From Okamejei kenojei (Eukaryota): a DNA stretch of 64,000 nucleotides. The translations under genes and the position numbers were made by a program. This document shows, piece by piece, positions 35,198-48,099 of this stretch (positions are counted from its first letter, which is position 1; every line of letters begins with the position of its first letter). The DNA lies in the NCBI GenBank assembly GCA_035221665.1, contig CM069157.1, forward strand, positions 25,358,001-25,422,000. The letters are read 5' to 3'. A model generated the notes under the pieces. It had not been told where the DNA came from. It ran no database searches and was given only the letters and a program-made list of their open reading frames with translations.

Positions 35198-38100
35198 TCA
35201 CACCGAGCCATTTTGACCCTTTAAATATTCAATAAATGGAGACCATATCCCCCTGAAATGATCCAGCTTGTCCAGTAGGACAAGTCTTAATCTTTCCAGG
35301 TGAAGTGTCTCCGACATTCCTGTAATCCACATTTTGATTGTGGGGGATGTAGGACCTTTCCAAAATTTCAATATTAATTTTTTCCCATTTATTAAACTGT
35401 AATCGATAAAAATTCTTTGATTCGTTGTTATTAATTGATCTGTTTCTAATATTCCTAATATTATTAATTTTGAGTCAGGAACCAAATTCGTATTAACATT
35501 CAAAATTATCTTAAATGTTTCTGTCCAAAAGTTAGTCATTTTTATACAGTTTGTGAATGAGTGCATTAAATTAGCTTCTAAGTGCTGACATTTATCACAT
35601 ATGGCAGATACATTTGAAAAAATTCTATGTAATTTGGATTTTGAATAATGCAATCTATGTAATACTTTAAATTGTATCAAAGAGTGTCTAGCATTTAACG
35701 AACAGTGGTGTATATGTTGTAAACTTTCATCCCATACTTCTGGTCTGATTATTTGACCTAATTTGTTTTCCCATAATTGCCTATATATTTCTGTCATTGG
35801 TACATCGTTTTCCAATAAAATGTTATAAATATATGATATCAATTTTTCTGTGTTCGGGTGTTTATTTAGACATTCATCTAAAGTTTCTGTCTTTCTATTT
35901 CTAAATTCCTGTGTATTTGATTTTACATAGTCTTGATTTGTAAATATCTAAAGTAATCTTTTGAATGTAATCCATAAATTTGTTGTAGTTCTTGAAATGA
36001 AAGAAAGGAGTTTTCCCTGTAGCGATCGCCCATCTTATTAATTCCATAGTTTTTCCATTGTAAAAAACCTTTGTCCATCATTGAGGGTTTAAATGTAACA
36101 TTGTTTACAATGGAGAGAGCTAGTGGTATAGATTCCAATTTTAATGTTTTCTTTAGTTGTTTCCAGATACGTATCCCACTTTCTATTATAGGGTTTTCTC
36201 TATAGGTTTTCTTACCTAGTTTAGTATTGGCAAATAAAATAGAGCTAATTTCAAAAGGTGAACAATCTTCTTTTTCCATTTTTAACCAATTTGGTTGTTT
36301 ATCTATTTCTTCCAACCAAAAGTTCATATTTTTAATATTAACTGCCCAGTAATAAAACATAAAATTTGGCAGTGCTAGACCTCCATTTATTTCTGATTTA
36401 CATAAATGTTTTTTATTTATTCTATGGCTCTTATAATCCCAGATAAAGTTGGTGACTATGGAGTCAACATTCTTAAAAAAAGTTTTAGGAAGGAATATCG
36501 GAATCAATTGGAAAAGATATAGTAATTGCGGGGGAAAAATCATTTTCATTGCATTAATTCTACCTAGCATTGAAATAGGTAATGTTTTCCAATATAAGAT
36601 ATTCTTATGTAATTTATTCAGTAAGAGTGGGAAATTAGATTTAAGTAAAGAATCAAATCTTTTTGTTACATAAATTCCAAGATATTTGATTTTTTTTGTT
36701 TGCTATCTTAAAAGGAAATTGTTGTAATATATGTGGGTTATTTAACATTATTGACATAAGTTCACTTTTATTCCAATTAATGCTATATCCTGAGAATGAG
36801 CCAAATTCAGTTATTAAATTTAATAAATTTGAAATACTAATTTCCGGTTTTGTAATATACAGTAATACATCATCTGCATATAAGGAGATCTTATTTTCAG
36901 TTTCTCTAGTTTCATACCCATATATTTCAGGATGTAATCTCACGCTTTGAGCTAATGGCTCAATTGCGAGTGCAAACAATAGTGGGGATAAGGGACAACC
37001 TTGTCTACAGCCTCGAAATAAATTAAATTTAGTTGATAACATTTGATTTGTTAGTATTCTAGCTGTTGGATTAGTGTATAATAATTTAACCCATGTAATA
37101 AACTTCTCTCCCAACTTAAAAGTTTCAATGACCGAAAACAGATAAGACCATTCCACCTGTTCAAAGGCTTTCTCCACATTTAACGAGATGATTATGAGGT
37201 CTTTATTAATACCTCTTTTCGAATATATAATATTGAATAATCGTCTCAAGTTATATGAGGAATATCGTTTTGGTATAAGTCCTGTTTGATCCGGGTGAAT
37301 TAATTTATTGATCACTGTGCTTAGTCTTTGTGCTAGTATTTTGGTTAATATTTTTTGATCAGTATTTAAAAGAGCTATAGCTCTATATGATCCTGGATCA
37401 TCCAGATCCTTGTCTATTTTAGGTATAAGTGTTATAATAGATTCATTTAACGTTTCTGGTAGTTTCTGTTGGGTATAAATGTATTCATAGAGTGTCTTCA
37501 AATGTGGTGCAATCAGATCATAGAATGTTTTATAAAATTCCGAACCAATTCCATCTGCTACTGGAGTTTTACCATTTTTTAATGATCTGATAGATTCTTT
37601 GATTTCTTTTGCTGTTATTTCAGCGTTTAGTGATTCTCTATTTTCTAAATCCAACCCTTTTAGATTACATTTTTTTTTTAATGCTTCTATTCCTATCTGG
37701 TTTTCTGTCGTTTTGACTGAGTATAAATTTTTATAATATTGCAAAAATCTCTCATTAATATCTTTAGGTTGTACTAGTTGTTCACCATTGTGTGATTTAA
37801 TCCTATGGATTATTTTTGCTCCCTCCAATTTCCATAATTGACGAGCCAACAATTTTTGGGGTTTATCTCCGAATTCAAATTGTAATTGTTTAGTATATTG
37901 ATAGAGTTTTACAATTTGATCTGAATATATTTAATTTAATTTATATTTCAATGCAGCGATTTTATTATGTTTTATCATGGTTGGATTTGCAGCGTTCTCT
38001 GTATCTAATTGTTTAATCTCCTTTTGCAATGCCTGTTGTTCCCTCCGATTCTCTTTATTATAAAATGCTTGAGAAGAAATCATAATTCCACGGGCATATG

Positions 38101-38218
38101 CTTTAAATTTTCCCATAATAGGGAAGAAGATATTTCTGGCTTATTATTTATTTCAAAGAAAATCTTGATCTGTTCTGTAATGTATTCCTGAGTTACTTTG
38201 TCCTTTAAAATTTGTGGG

Positions 38219-38294
<76 letters not shown>

Positions 38295-39192
38295 TAATAA
38301 TAACATTATTACAGACTCAAGGTCCAGACAAGGGGCAACATTACATTAAAAAAGGCATTGCATCTCAAATATCATAAATATATATTAGTCTCCATATATA
38401 TATACAATATATATTAAGTCTCCATTGTCCCTGTTTTTCCGTTTTACCATTTATTTTGATCATAAATGTTAAAGGTGCATGATCTGAGATTGTAATATTA
38501 TGGTATTTTGAATTGTAAGTGAGTGAGATAAGTTTAGAGTCTACCAAAAAATAATCTATTCTTGAATACGTTTTGTGTACAGGTGAATAAAATGAGTATT
38601 CTCGTCCAGTTGGGCTTTCTATTCTCCAAACGTCTTTAATATTACTAGTATCCATGTATGCATTTAATAAGTCACTGGAATGCGATTTGATTTTCTGTTG
38701 TCTTGATGATCTGTCTAAATAAGAATCTAGGGTACAATTTAAATCTCCTCCAATTATTAGGTTATGTTGTGCTAATTCCGGGATGGTATTAAATATTTTC
38801 TTAAAGAACAAATGGGCTGTCAAAGTTTGGTCCGTAAACATTAACAAAGATCATTTTTTGTGCGTTTAATTCTCCTATTACAATAATATATCTACCATCA
38901 CTGTCAGTTATAGTTGATTTGTGTTTAAATAAAGTACCTTTACGAAATAATATCGCTACACCTCTGGATTTGTGTGTAAAAAAAGAATGATACGCTTTAT
39001 CTATCCATTTAGCTTTCAATCTATGCTCTGCGTCTTTTTTAAGTGTGTTTCTTGGATAAAAATTACATCTACTTTAAGTGCTTTTAAATGTGCTAATACT
39101 TTACCTCTCTTAATTGGTTCATTAATACCTTTAACGTTCCAGCTACAAAACGTTATTCCTTCATTCCCCATATTCATTTTTAAGTCTTGCAT
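35198..39192 (-). pseudogene. L1 ORF2 (APE endonuclease, RT, CCHC) with frameshifts and an insertion
   Basis: SWNVKG, QETH, GGDLN, SRIDY, SDHAP, YRAIALLNTDQK, RQGCPLSP, YADD, GGLALPN, CDKC..H. Confidence 0.93.
38221..38412. repeat. (AAT)n tract plus ~110-bp foreign segment inserted in ORF2
   Basis: Interrupts WRLN|PQIL. Confidence 0.8.
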
Positions 39193-40029
39193 CTTTAGTT
39201 TAGGGAGGTCTATAATAGAGCAAATGGTTCAGTTCGACAGGCCCAACCTTACACCCGAACTCCGAATAGACAAATTTCAAGACCCTTGGATGTCTCTCAC
39301 ATATATATCTCCTTTGATCTAATTTATAACTCCATTCAAACTTAAAATAATAATGATAGATTATAATATAAGAAAAAAAGGGATAGATTAAGAAGTCAGT
39401 GATGTGCACAAAGAAGGAAAAAACTACATCTAGTATTAGTGTAGTTAGTGATAGCCTTACTAACATGGCTAACCATCTACCGACTTCCGTAGTTGATGTT
39501 ACAAACTTAACCAGCTCCATGGTTTCTTAAAATTATTATTCCATAACTGTATTTTACCGGGGATATTCAATTCTGAAGTATTCGGGTTCCATTAGTCGGG
39601 ATTGTGAGGATACATATATTTAAAACATATTAAATAATATAATGAAGAAAAGGAAGAAAAGGGAGGAAAACATTTTTAAAAAAGGGTTCCAAGGAGGACA
39701 AATGAAATCAAACTTTATATTCAGCGCAATTATAATTACTATTTATCTGATTCTAAATAATTCAGTTATAATTAAGTATTAGTCATTAATGACAATTATT
39801 AACTCTAATTAGTAATGGTACCGCGCTATAGTATTAGTATTTATAGTTATTTGTATTAATAGTGCTATTATTCTAATTATTAGTATCCATGGGAGAGTTT
39901 CTAATCTGCATCTTTCTCCAGCATCTTTCTCCATCTTCCTTAGACAAGTCCTTAGTTCCATCCAATCCTGCAAAATCAGTTTATTCCTTGATGTAGTTCG
40001 ATTTTAAAGATATTATTCAATCTTTCACT

Positions 40030-41185
40030 TGATCCTTAGTCTTCTGGGCAAAGTTCAGTGCTTCCGCAGGGTTGGTGAAAAAATGTTGTTTCTGATTGTA
40101 AGTGACTCTTAAGTGACTCTTAGGGTAGCTGGATACCTCAGACCATACTTCAAATTCTTCACTTCCTTCAAAATTCTTTTGGTCTCGTTAAAGGCGTTTT
40201 TTTTCCTGGAGACCTCTGCTGGATAGTCTCGATAAATACTGATCTTATTTCCTTCATATATAACCATATAACCATATAACCATGTTATGCTTCTGACAAT
40301 TTTTTCCATCATCTCCTCCAGAACATAGTCATACTGGACTTTTATTATCATTTGTCTTGGAGGGGGGTCATGTCTTGTCTGACGTCTCATCACTCTGTGT
40401 GCTCGAGCAAGTAAAGGCTTTTGATCCAGAGATTAAAATTTTTGCAGTAAGTTTGCAGTAAATTCTCGGGGATCTTGATTCGCCTCTCTCCCTTCTTGAA
40501 TACCCACAATTCTTAGGTTCTGTCTTCTCTGGCGTCCTTCCAATTCAGTGCATTTATCAGTTATTTTGCCCAGTAGTTCCGATAGACGTTGATTTTCTCT
40601 GATGAGTTTTTCCGCAGTCCGAGCACTTGTTTCGGCTATCTCCTCAAGGTCCTTTATGGCTGTCATCTGTTGATTCAGTGTTTGCTCCACAGGATCCAGC
40701 TTTTCCTCAAGATCTGTTACCACCTTTTTGATTTTAACATTTGTCTCTTTTGTCATGACTGCAGCTTGTTCAGTCAGTGTTTCTGCAGTTTCCTTCCTCA
40801 CTTTGACCAATAGACCCGTAACCATGGAATTAATTTCAAGATTTAACTTCATCATCTCCTCCTTGATTTTTTGTATTTCTTCTTTGAAATTCATTTTCTT
40901 TAATTCTTCATTCGTTTTTGCAAGTTCAGTCTTTAATTCCAGCTTTATTTCATCCTTTAAATTTGCAATTTCTTGTGCAATAAAAATTCTGAGATCTTCA
41001 CTTTCCGATTTTTTCGTTGTTTTTTTCGATACATCTTCTTGGGATAGTGCCCTACCTGAGCCCGAGGCTTCCATTGGGCCTTTTTCTTGTTCTGCCGGTT
41101 TCTGCCTAGTAACTCGACTTTTCGGTTTTTCAGCGAGGGGGCTGCGCTGCATAGACATTGCAAGTCGCGGGCCTGATGATGTCAC
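40030..41185 (-). pseudogene. L1 ORF1 (coiled coil, RRM, CTD), frameshifted
   Basis: Heptad-rich region, LEGRQRRQNLRIVGIQEG, ARAHR, PRQMII, IYRDYP, YPATLRVT. Confidence 0.92.
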
Positions 41186-41282
41186 TCACGGCAGTTAGTA
41201 CAGAAGCAGCAGGTAGCAGGTAGGACGTTTTCTCCCCGTTTTTTTCAGCGTTTTCTCAAGGAGCTGGCTGGCGTTGCTGCCT

Positions 41283-41308
41283 AGCCCTCCATGGCGCCAC
41301 CGGAAGTT
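41283..41308 (-). promoter_or_regulatory. Putative L1 internal promoter motifs (ETS-like ACTTCCGG, YY1-like CGCCAT)
   Basis: Minus-strand 5' end AACTTCCGGTGGCGCCATGG. Confidence 0.45.
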
Positions 41309-41999
41309 AGCATCTGCAGTTTTTTCTTAAACACTGAGCTACTCCGGCAATTTGTGTCTATCTTCAGGGTAAACTGGATGATGACCTCCTAGAAGGCGTT
41401 GGACTGTTTTGGATCTTGCCAATCCTATTGCCTGAGCCTGTATCAATGTCATGGGAAAACTGGCTTCCCACATCATTGTCCCAGGGGCAGACAATTTTAT
41501 TTTCAATCATGAGGTGCCTTGTACTATACAAGAACCTAATATGTGGGCTATCTCTCTTGTGACATATTTAATTCCCCACAACTTTGGGATTTCTCTCTTC
41601 AAGGGTTCTCCTCAAAGGCAGTCAATGTGTGTGAGGGCTGCCGGGCTGTCCTGTGGGTTATGTGGATTCACAGGCTGATGCCCTCTTCTAACTGCTACAC
41701 AGCATGGTGTCAGAGTCGTCACTAACTAGGTGAGGTGCACGCAAGTCACGATCTGAATTATCCTTCTGGCACTAATTACTGTACAGTCAACTGCGATCAG
41801 CTTGGGATACCTAAATTTGAGGCTGCTGCTGCATGCAAAAAATTTTAAGTGCACTAACATATTATCAAATACATTCAGATAATCTGTGCAAGGGGGAAAG
41901 GAGATATCAGCCATACTGATCAACTGAAAGCATATTGTAAACAACAAATAGCAAAGAGGACATCAAAAAGGGAATCTGAAAGATGAGCAAATAAGTCAA

Positions 42000-42750
42000 A
42001 AACACAATTTGGAGGGCAGTGAGCTTCTACAAAATTCATTTACCAAGGAAAATAAATATAAAGTGAAGAGTATGGAAACACAAATAACAGAGCCACAATG
42101 TGGAGAGGCCTCAGTTAGTTTGCCTTGGATTTTTTCAGTGAGAATTACAAAATAATGTGATATTGGAAGGAAAGATCGAAGAAGATATAAAGAAATTCAA
42201 GACAGAATGGTGGAGATCATTGACAAACTAATTAAATCCTGAAGAAGATTAAAACCTTGGCCTGAACCCTGGACTGAAACCATACATATCAATCACACCT
42301 GGGGCAGAAACAGCAGAGACAAGGCAGGGACATAAAAATTCATTGGGAAAGTGAACGGTGTCAGAGTTCTAGTGAACAGCAAAGGCGAGTACTGCATACC
42401 AACATAATGGTAAAACAGAGTCAGAGCAACATAGATCAATTATTGTCAGAAAGATGAAGGGATCTTTATCCAAAGATGTAACGATAAAACATCTAGAAAC
42501 CATGAATGTGATGAAGAATTTTGAACAAATATTTCACAAGGAAAAGGCCATCCTCAACCAGTCTGTGAATTCCTTAAAGAGGGGTGACGATGGAGGCAGA
42601 TACGATGGTGGCATTTGAGGGTTTTAGATAGATACATGAATGTACAGGGAATGGAGTGATATGGATCACGTGCAGAGGAGATTAATTGAACTTGGCATCA
42701 CATTTGCCACAGACATGTAGGGCCGTTGGGCCTGTTCCTATGCTGTACTG
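42000..42750 (+). mobile_element. Old CR1 fragments
   Basis: Highly decayed ORF2 pieces; 3' tail at 42585-42750. Confidence 0.5.
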
Positions 42751-43549
42751 CACCATTGTAAGTAATAGGTGTTGACAGCTAACACAATAGATAATAAGAA
42801 CTGCTAAATTGAAAAATGGGCATTGGGATCATGATGTGGCATTGGGATCATGATGTGGCATTAATCCAAAGCCATAAATGTCATTGCAAGCACATCTCTG
42901 TCCGCTGCTAATTGTGATGATTGCAGCAGCCCAGTGAAGAAGAGGAGATGGTCAAGTCTCCATGCCAATGCATCCCTTGGACACCTTTGGTCTTTACTCT
43001 CCAAACACAGCATAGTCCAGAGGATTTGATGGCGGCCATGGTACAGATTGCAGGGATACAGATGGCACCAATGCTAAAGGCTGCCCACTCCATTCAAACC
43101 TCGCATCACCCAAATGTGATTTTATATACCTAACACTTTAACGGAGAAGTGAAATTGTGTCATTAAGTAGAGTGTGAACTTAATGTTGGTTTCTGTGTTC
43201 ACCCGCACTGATTCATAGTAGAGGACCAGGATCATGGATTCAGCTGTGATCCTATTGCCAATGTCTATCTGCACTCTGGATGCCTGCGTACATAAGCATA
43301 CCCACTAATTATTGTTAGGCCAAAATGTGCTGACAGAGAGTCAGCAGTTCCACAGAAAATCACTGGCTAGCTGCAGAGTGTGCAGTAGTCACTTGTGGAC
43401 ATCTACACCCATGCACATCAGTACAAGAGTTGGTAACATGGTGGAGGTTAGAGACCTATGCATCCAACCTCTCATACATAGGTTGCTGAGTCAAGGGAGT
43501 TTCTATCTGCCTCCTCAGCTTTATGCTGCACATTCAGCATTACATTGAT

Positions 43550-43820
43550 AACTACCTTATTGCCCCATCTTTTTCTCCCTCTACTTCAGCATTCCGAGAG
43601 ACCATTTGCTTCCTGGTTTGCTCTTCCAGGTGTCTTCCCACCCCTTCCCCTCAACTCTTTCTACCAGTTTTCTCTCCTTTACACCGTCGGTCTGAAGAAG
43701 AGTCCCAAACCAAAATGCTGTCTGTCCATTCCCTCCACAGATGCTGCCTGACCCCCTACGTTCCTCCGGTGGTTTGTTTTATGCCCAGACTTCCAGTATC
43801 TGCAGTCTCTTGTGTTTCTC
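43550..43820 (+). mobile_element. Penelope remnant and pLTR
   Basis: GTCTGAAGAAGAGTCCC..GATGCTGCCTGAC..TATCTGCAGT. Confidence 0.65.
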
Positions 43821-46716
43821 TTGATCTGATTTAATGGCGGTGTTTTCCCTGAACCTTGCTGACAACAAAACATGACTTCTTTGCATTCCTTTGGCCTGTA
43901 TTCATGACGTATCTGTACTGGGTTCAAGTGGTGCCAGAATATAAATACTTTATTAGTAATGCTTTGCACATCAGGCTGACTCGAATACAGTTCCGTCAGT
44001 AACTATATCCGGCAGGAGCTGAAGTTCCTCAAGAAGCAGTACAAAGAGGCCAGCGGAGAGCAACATCCCCTCTTGGCTGAGCTGCGAACCATCCTGAGGA
44101 AGAAGCTGCTGACCCTCCATAGAGCTGAGTGGCACTGAAGAAGCTGGAAGGAAAGAGCCAGGAAGCGAGCATCCTTCATAGCCAACCACTACTAAACAAC
44201 TGCTAGGGCAGAAGTGCAGTGGGAGTTTGGCTTGCTCTAAGGAGGAGATCGACTGGCACATCCAGACAACCTACAGCGACCCCGTCATGCAGCAGGAGCT
44301 GGGATAGTGCAACATCCTGATAAAACCACCACCTCCCATCGTGGAGTTTCATAGTAGAGAGCCACTCATGAAAGAGGTCCAGAACGTTGTGAAGAGAGCA
44401 AGATCTGGCTCAGCCCCTGGCGCATGCAGAGTCTACAAGAACTGCCCCTTGTTACTGAAACGTCTGTGGAAGATCCTGAAAGTCATGTGGAGGAGAGGGA
44501 AAGTGGCACAGCAGTGGCGATTCGCTGAAGGAGTCTGGATCCCAAAGGAAGAAGATTCCAAGAAGATCGATCAGTTCAGTTCACTCCTTGTTAAGCTTTG
44601 AAGGCAAGATCTTCTTCAGCATTGTAGCGAGGCGGCTAACCAACTTCCTCTCCACCAATGGCTACATCGACAGCTCAGTGCTTATCTGGAGTGCCGGCGT
44701 GTCTAGAGCACAAGGAAGTGGTGAACCAGCTCATCAGAGAAGCCAGGGAGAACAAGGGAGACCTGACAGTGCTCTGGCTTGACCTGGCCAATGCCTATAG
44801 CTCCATCTCGCATAAGCTGATCTAGACAGCCATGGCCAAGCATCATGTGCCAAGCCAAGTGACAGATCTCATCCTGGACTATTACAACCAATTCAGCATG
44901 AGAGTCTCATCAGGGTCAGTAACATCAGAGTGGCACAGACTGGAGGTTGGGATTATCACAGGCTGTACCATCTCTGTGATCCTTTTTGCCTTGGCGATGA
45001 ACATGATCGTCAAGTCTGCTGAGCCAGAGTCGGGGCCCTCGGACCAAGCCAGGAGTGCACCAACCACCAATCAGAGCCTTCATGGACGACCTGACTGTCA
45101 CCACTGAGTCATTGCCAGGAGGCAGGTGGGTCCTGCAGGGGTTGGAGAAACTGATTGGATGGGCAAGGATGAGGTTTGAGCCAGGAAAATCAACGTGACT
45201 GGAGCTGAAGAAGGGCAAAGTCATGGACAGGTTCCGCTTCAGCATCGAAGGGACACCAATCCCAACGGTCTCTGAAAGGCCAGTGAAGAGTCCTGGCAAG
45301 GTGTTTAACAGCAGCCTGAAGGATACAGCATCTGTCCAGGCAACCAGTCAGGAGCTGGAGAGCTGTTTGAGAGCAGTGGACCAGTCGGGGCTTTGAGGCA
45401 AGTTCAAGGCATGGATATATCAGCATTGTATCTGGCCACTGCTTGTTTATGAAGTCCTACTGAGCAGCTTCCTCAGGAAATGGCTGGGACTGCCCAGGAG
45501 CCTTAGCAGCATTGCCCTTTACAGAAATAACACCAAGCTCCAGCTTCCCTTGAAGTCCCTGGAGGAGGATTGTAAGGTGACTCGGGCCAGAGAGGTGATG
45601 CTGTAGGACTCCAGCGACCCCAAGGTGGCTCAGGCAGGGGTGGAGGTGAAAACTGGGAGGAAGTGGAGAGCCGGCAAAGCCGTGCTGCAAGCGGAGTATC
45701 GGATATGCCACAGAGACCTGGTGGAAGCAGTGACTCGGGGAAGAGCTGGTCTGGGAATCTTCCCAACTCCACAGTTTGACAAGGCCAAGGGGAAGGAATG
45801 GCGCAGGCTGGTCAGGAGGAAGTGAGGGCAGCGGTGGAAGAGGAGAGGTCTGCCTGAGAGGTTGGCTTGAGGAAGCAAGGGGCCTGGACAAGGTGGGAGC
45901 AGGCCATATACCGAAAAGTCACATGGACTGAGCTCTGGCAGGCTGAACCATAGCGTAGCAAGTTCCTGGTCCAGGCAGTGTATGATGTCCTGCCTAGCCC
46001 ATCGAACCTCTTCATCTGGGGCAAAGCGGAATCTCTGGATTGCCCGCAATGCTCAGGCAAGGGGACGTTGGAACACATGCTGAGCTGCTGCCCTAAGGCT
46101 CTTGGGCAGGGCCGGTGCACCTGGTGTCACGACCAGGTTCTTAAACCCTTTGCAGAAGCCATCAGCATGGGAATCAGCAGCTGCAGACGAGCACGCCCCA
46201 CCACCCAGATGATCACCTTCGTGAAGGCCGGAGTGCAGCTGCCAAGAACCACAGCCAGCAAGAATCCGTCAAGAATCCTGGCGACTGTGCAGGACTGGCA
46301 GATTTCTGTAGACCTGGTGAAACAGCTGAAGTTCCCACAGCACATTGCCGTGACCACCCTGAGGCCAGGCATTCTCCTGGTCTCAGAGGCAACCAAAAAC
46401 ATTGTCATGTTGGAATTGACAGTGCCGTGGGAGGACCGTCTGGAGGCGGCCCTCAAGAGGAAGAAGATCAAGTACAAAGAGCAGGTCATAGACTGCCATA
46501 AGTAGGGCTGGAAGGCAAGGTGTATGCCCATCGAGGTTTGCTGCAGAGGTTTTGCAGGGCAATCGCTCGACAAAGCCTTGAGTGCACTGGGCATCAACAG
46601 AATGGAAAGGAGAAGATCAATCAAGAACACCACAGAAGCAGTCGAGAAAGCCTCGAGATGGCTCTGGATTAGGAGAGGAGGTCCATGAGGAGGAGCAAAT
46701 GCCACCTGAATACGTC

Positions 46717-47579
46717 GTAGACAAAAATGCTGGAGAAACTCAGCGGGTGAGGCAGCATTTATGGAGCAAAGGAAATAGGCGACGTTTCGGGTCGAGACCC
46801 TTCTTCAGACTGATGTGGGGGTGGGGGTGGGGGCGGGAAGAAGAATGGAAGAGGCAGAGACAGTGGGCTGTGATGGAGCTGGGAAGGGGAGGGGAAAGAA
46901 GGAGAAAGCAGGGCCTACCTGAAATTGGAGAAGTCAATGTTCATACCGCTGGGGTGTAAACTACCCAAGAGAAATATGAGGTGCTGCTCCTCCAATTTAC
47001 GGTGGGCCTCACTCTGGCATTGGAGGAGGCCCAGGACAGAAAGGTTGGATTCGTAATGGGAGGGGCAGTTGACGTGCTGAGCCATCGGGAGAACAGGTTG
47101 GTTATTGCGAACCGAGAGTAGGTGTTGGGCGAAGCGATCGCCAAGCCTACGCTTGGTCTCACCGATGTCGAGGCGCTGACACCTAGAGCAGCGGATATAA
47201 TAGATGAGGTTGGAGGCGGTGCAGGTGAACCTCTGCCACACCTGGAAAGACGGCTTGGGTCCTTGGATGGAGTCAAGGTGGGAGGTAAAGCGACAAGTGT
47301 AGCATTTCCTGCGGTTGCAAGGGAAAGTGCCAGGAGAGGGGGTGGTTTTGGTGGGAAGGGACAAATTGACCAGGGAGTTACAGGAAGGAGTGGTCTCTGC
47401 GGAAAGCTGAAAGGGGAGGAGATGGGAAGATGTGGCCAGTGGTGAGATCACGTTGCAGGTGGTGAAAATGTCGGAGGATTATTTGTTGTATCTGACGGCT
47501 GGTATTGTGAAAGGTGACGACAAGGGGGACTCTGCCCTTGTTATGAGCGGGGGGGATGGGGAGTGAGAGCAGAGTTACG
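46717..47579 (-). mobile_element. Penelope-like element (GIY-YIG region plus pLTR)
   Basis: RVPLVVTFH, NLIYYIRCSRC..IGETKRRLGDRF, HRKLEEQHLIF..PSGMN. Confidence 0.92.
46781..46808 (-). ncRNA. Minimal hammerhead-like core in Penelope pLTR
   Basis: CTGAAGAAGGGTCTCGACCCGAAACGTC on the minus strand. Confidence 0.6.
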
Positions 47580-48099
47580 CGTGAACACAAGTCATGGTCT
47601 GATCAACCACAGCTGGGTCGCCTGGATGAGGGTGTCTGATGTTGAAAGACATGAAATACCCAATGGCCCCAGGTTACATCACTGATGATGTGTTCAGGAG
47701 CATCAATAGATATATTTTTATCAATGTGGCCACTGTTTTAAATGACCAATTAGATGGCCAGTTGACCATTTCGGTGATAGCTGCCTGTGATTAAAGCAAT
47801 AACTTCAAGAATTCTCATAACACATCTCGTCGCCAAGTGCAGTCTATGGAAATTGCAAATTGTACCCTTGCAGCTGCCTCCAATAGTCTCTGATGAATAT
47901 ATTTGATTGAACTCATAAAGGATCATTAATGGAACCATTTATTGAAATGAAATGATGTTCTTTGTTTGGCAATTACAAAAGCAAAGAAAGTGCCTGAAAA
48001 ATACTGATGAGGAAAATCCAGTCAGGTTATTTATGTAGATTAAGAACAAGGGAACTAAGGAAATAATATCCTACTTGAAATGAAAAATGTAACCTGTGG

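Larger units (their letters stand above)
34912..41308 (-). mobile_element. Full-length L1-clade LINE (~6.4 kb), frameshifted, with 7-bp TSD
   Basis: ORF1 and ORF2 remnants; AGCATCT at 34905-34911 and 41309-41315; A-rich 3' end. Confidence 0.95.
43970..47712 (+). mobile_element. RLE-encoding non-LTR retrotransposon (HERO/R2-group-like), 5'-truncated and degenerate; 3'UTR split by Penelope
   Basis: WLDLANAY, GIITGCTISVILF, AFMDDLT; CPQC..LEHMLSCC, HDQVL, RPGILL, MLELTVPWE, KKIKY, PIEV..RGF; 3'UTR resumes at 47581. Confidence 0.87.

Noticed and set aside
40728-41198. 156-aa plus-strand ORF
   Set aside because: Antisense shadow of L1 ORF1
42819-42862. 19-bp tandem duplication GGCATTGGGATCATGATGT
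   Set aside because: Ordinary slippage duplication
47630-47695. Hammerhead in the RLE element 3'UTR (CTGATG..GAAA, CTGATGA)
   Set aside because: Core boxes are not in the correct order or context with a closing stem II
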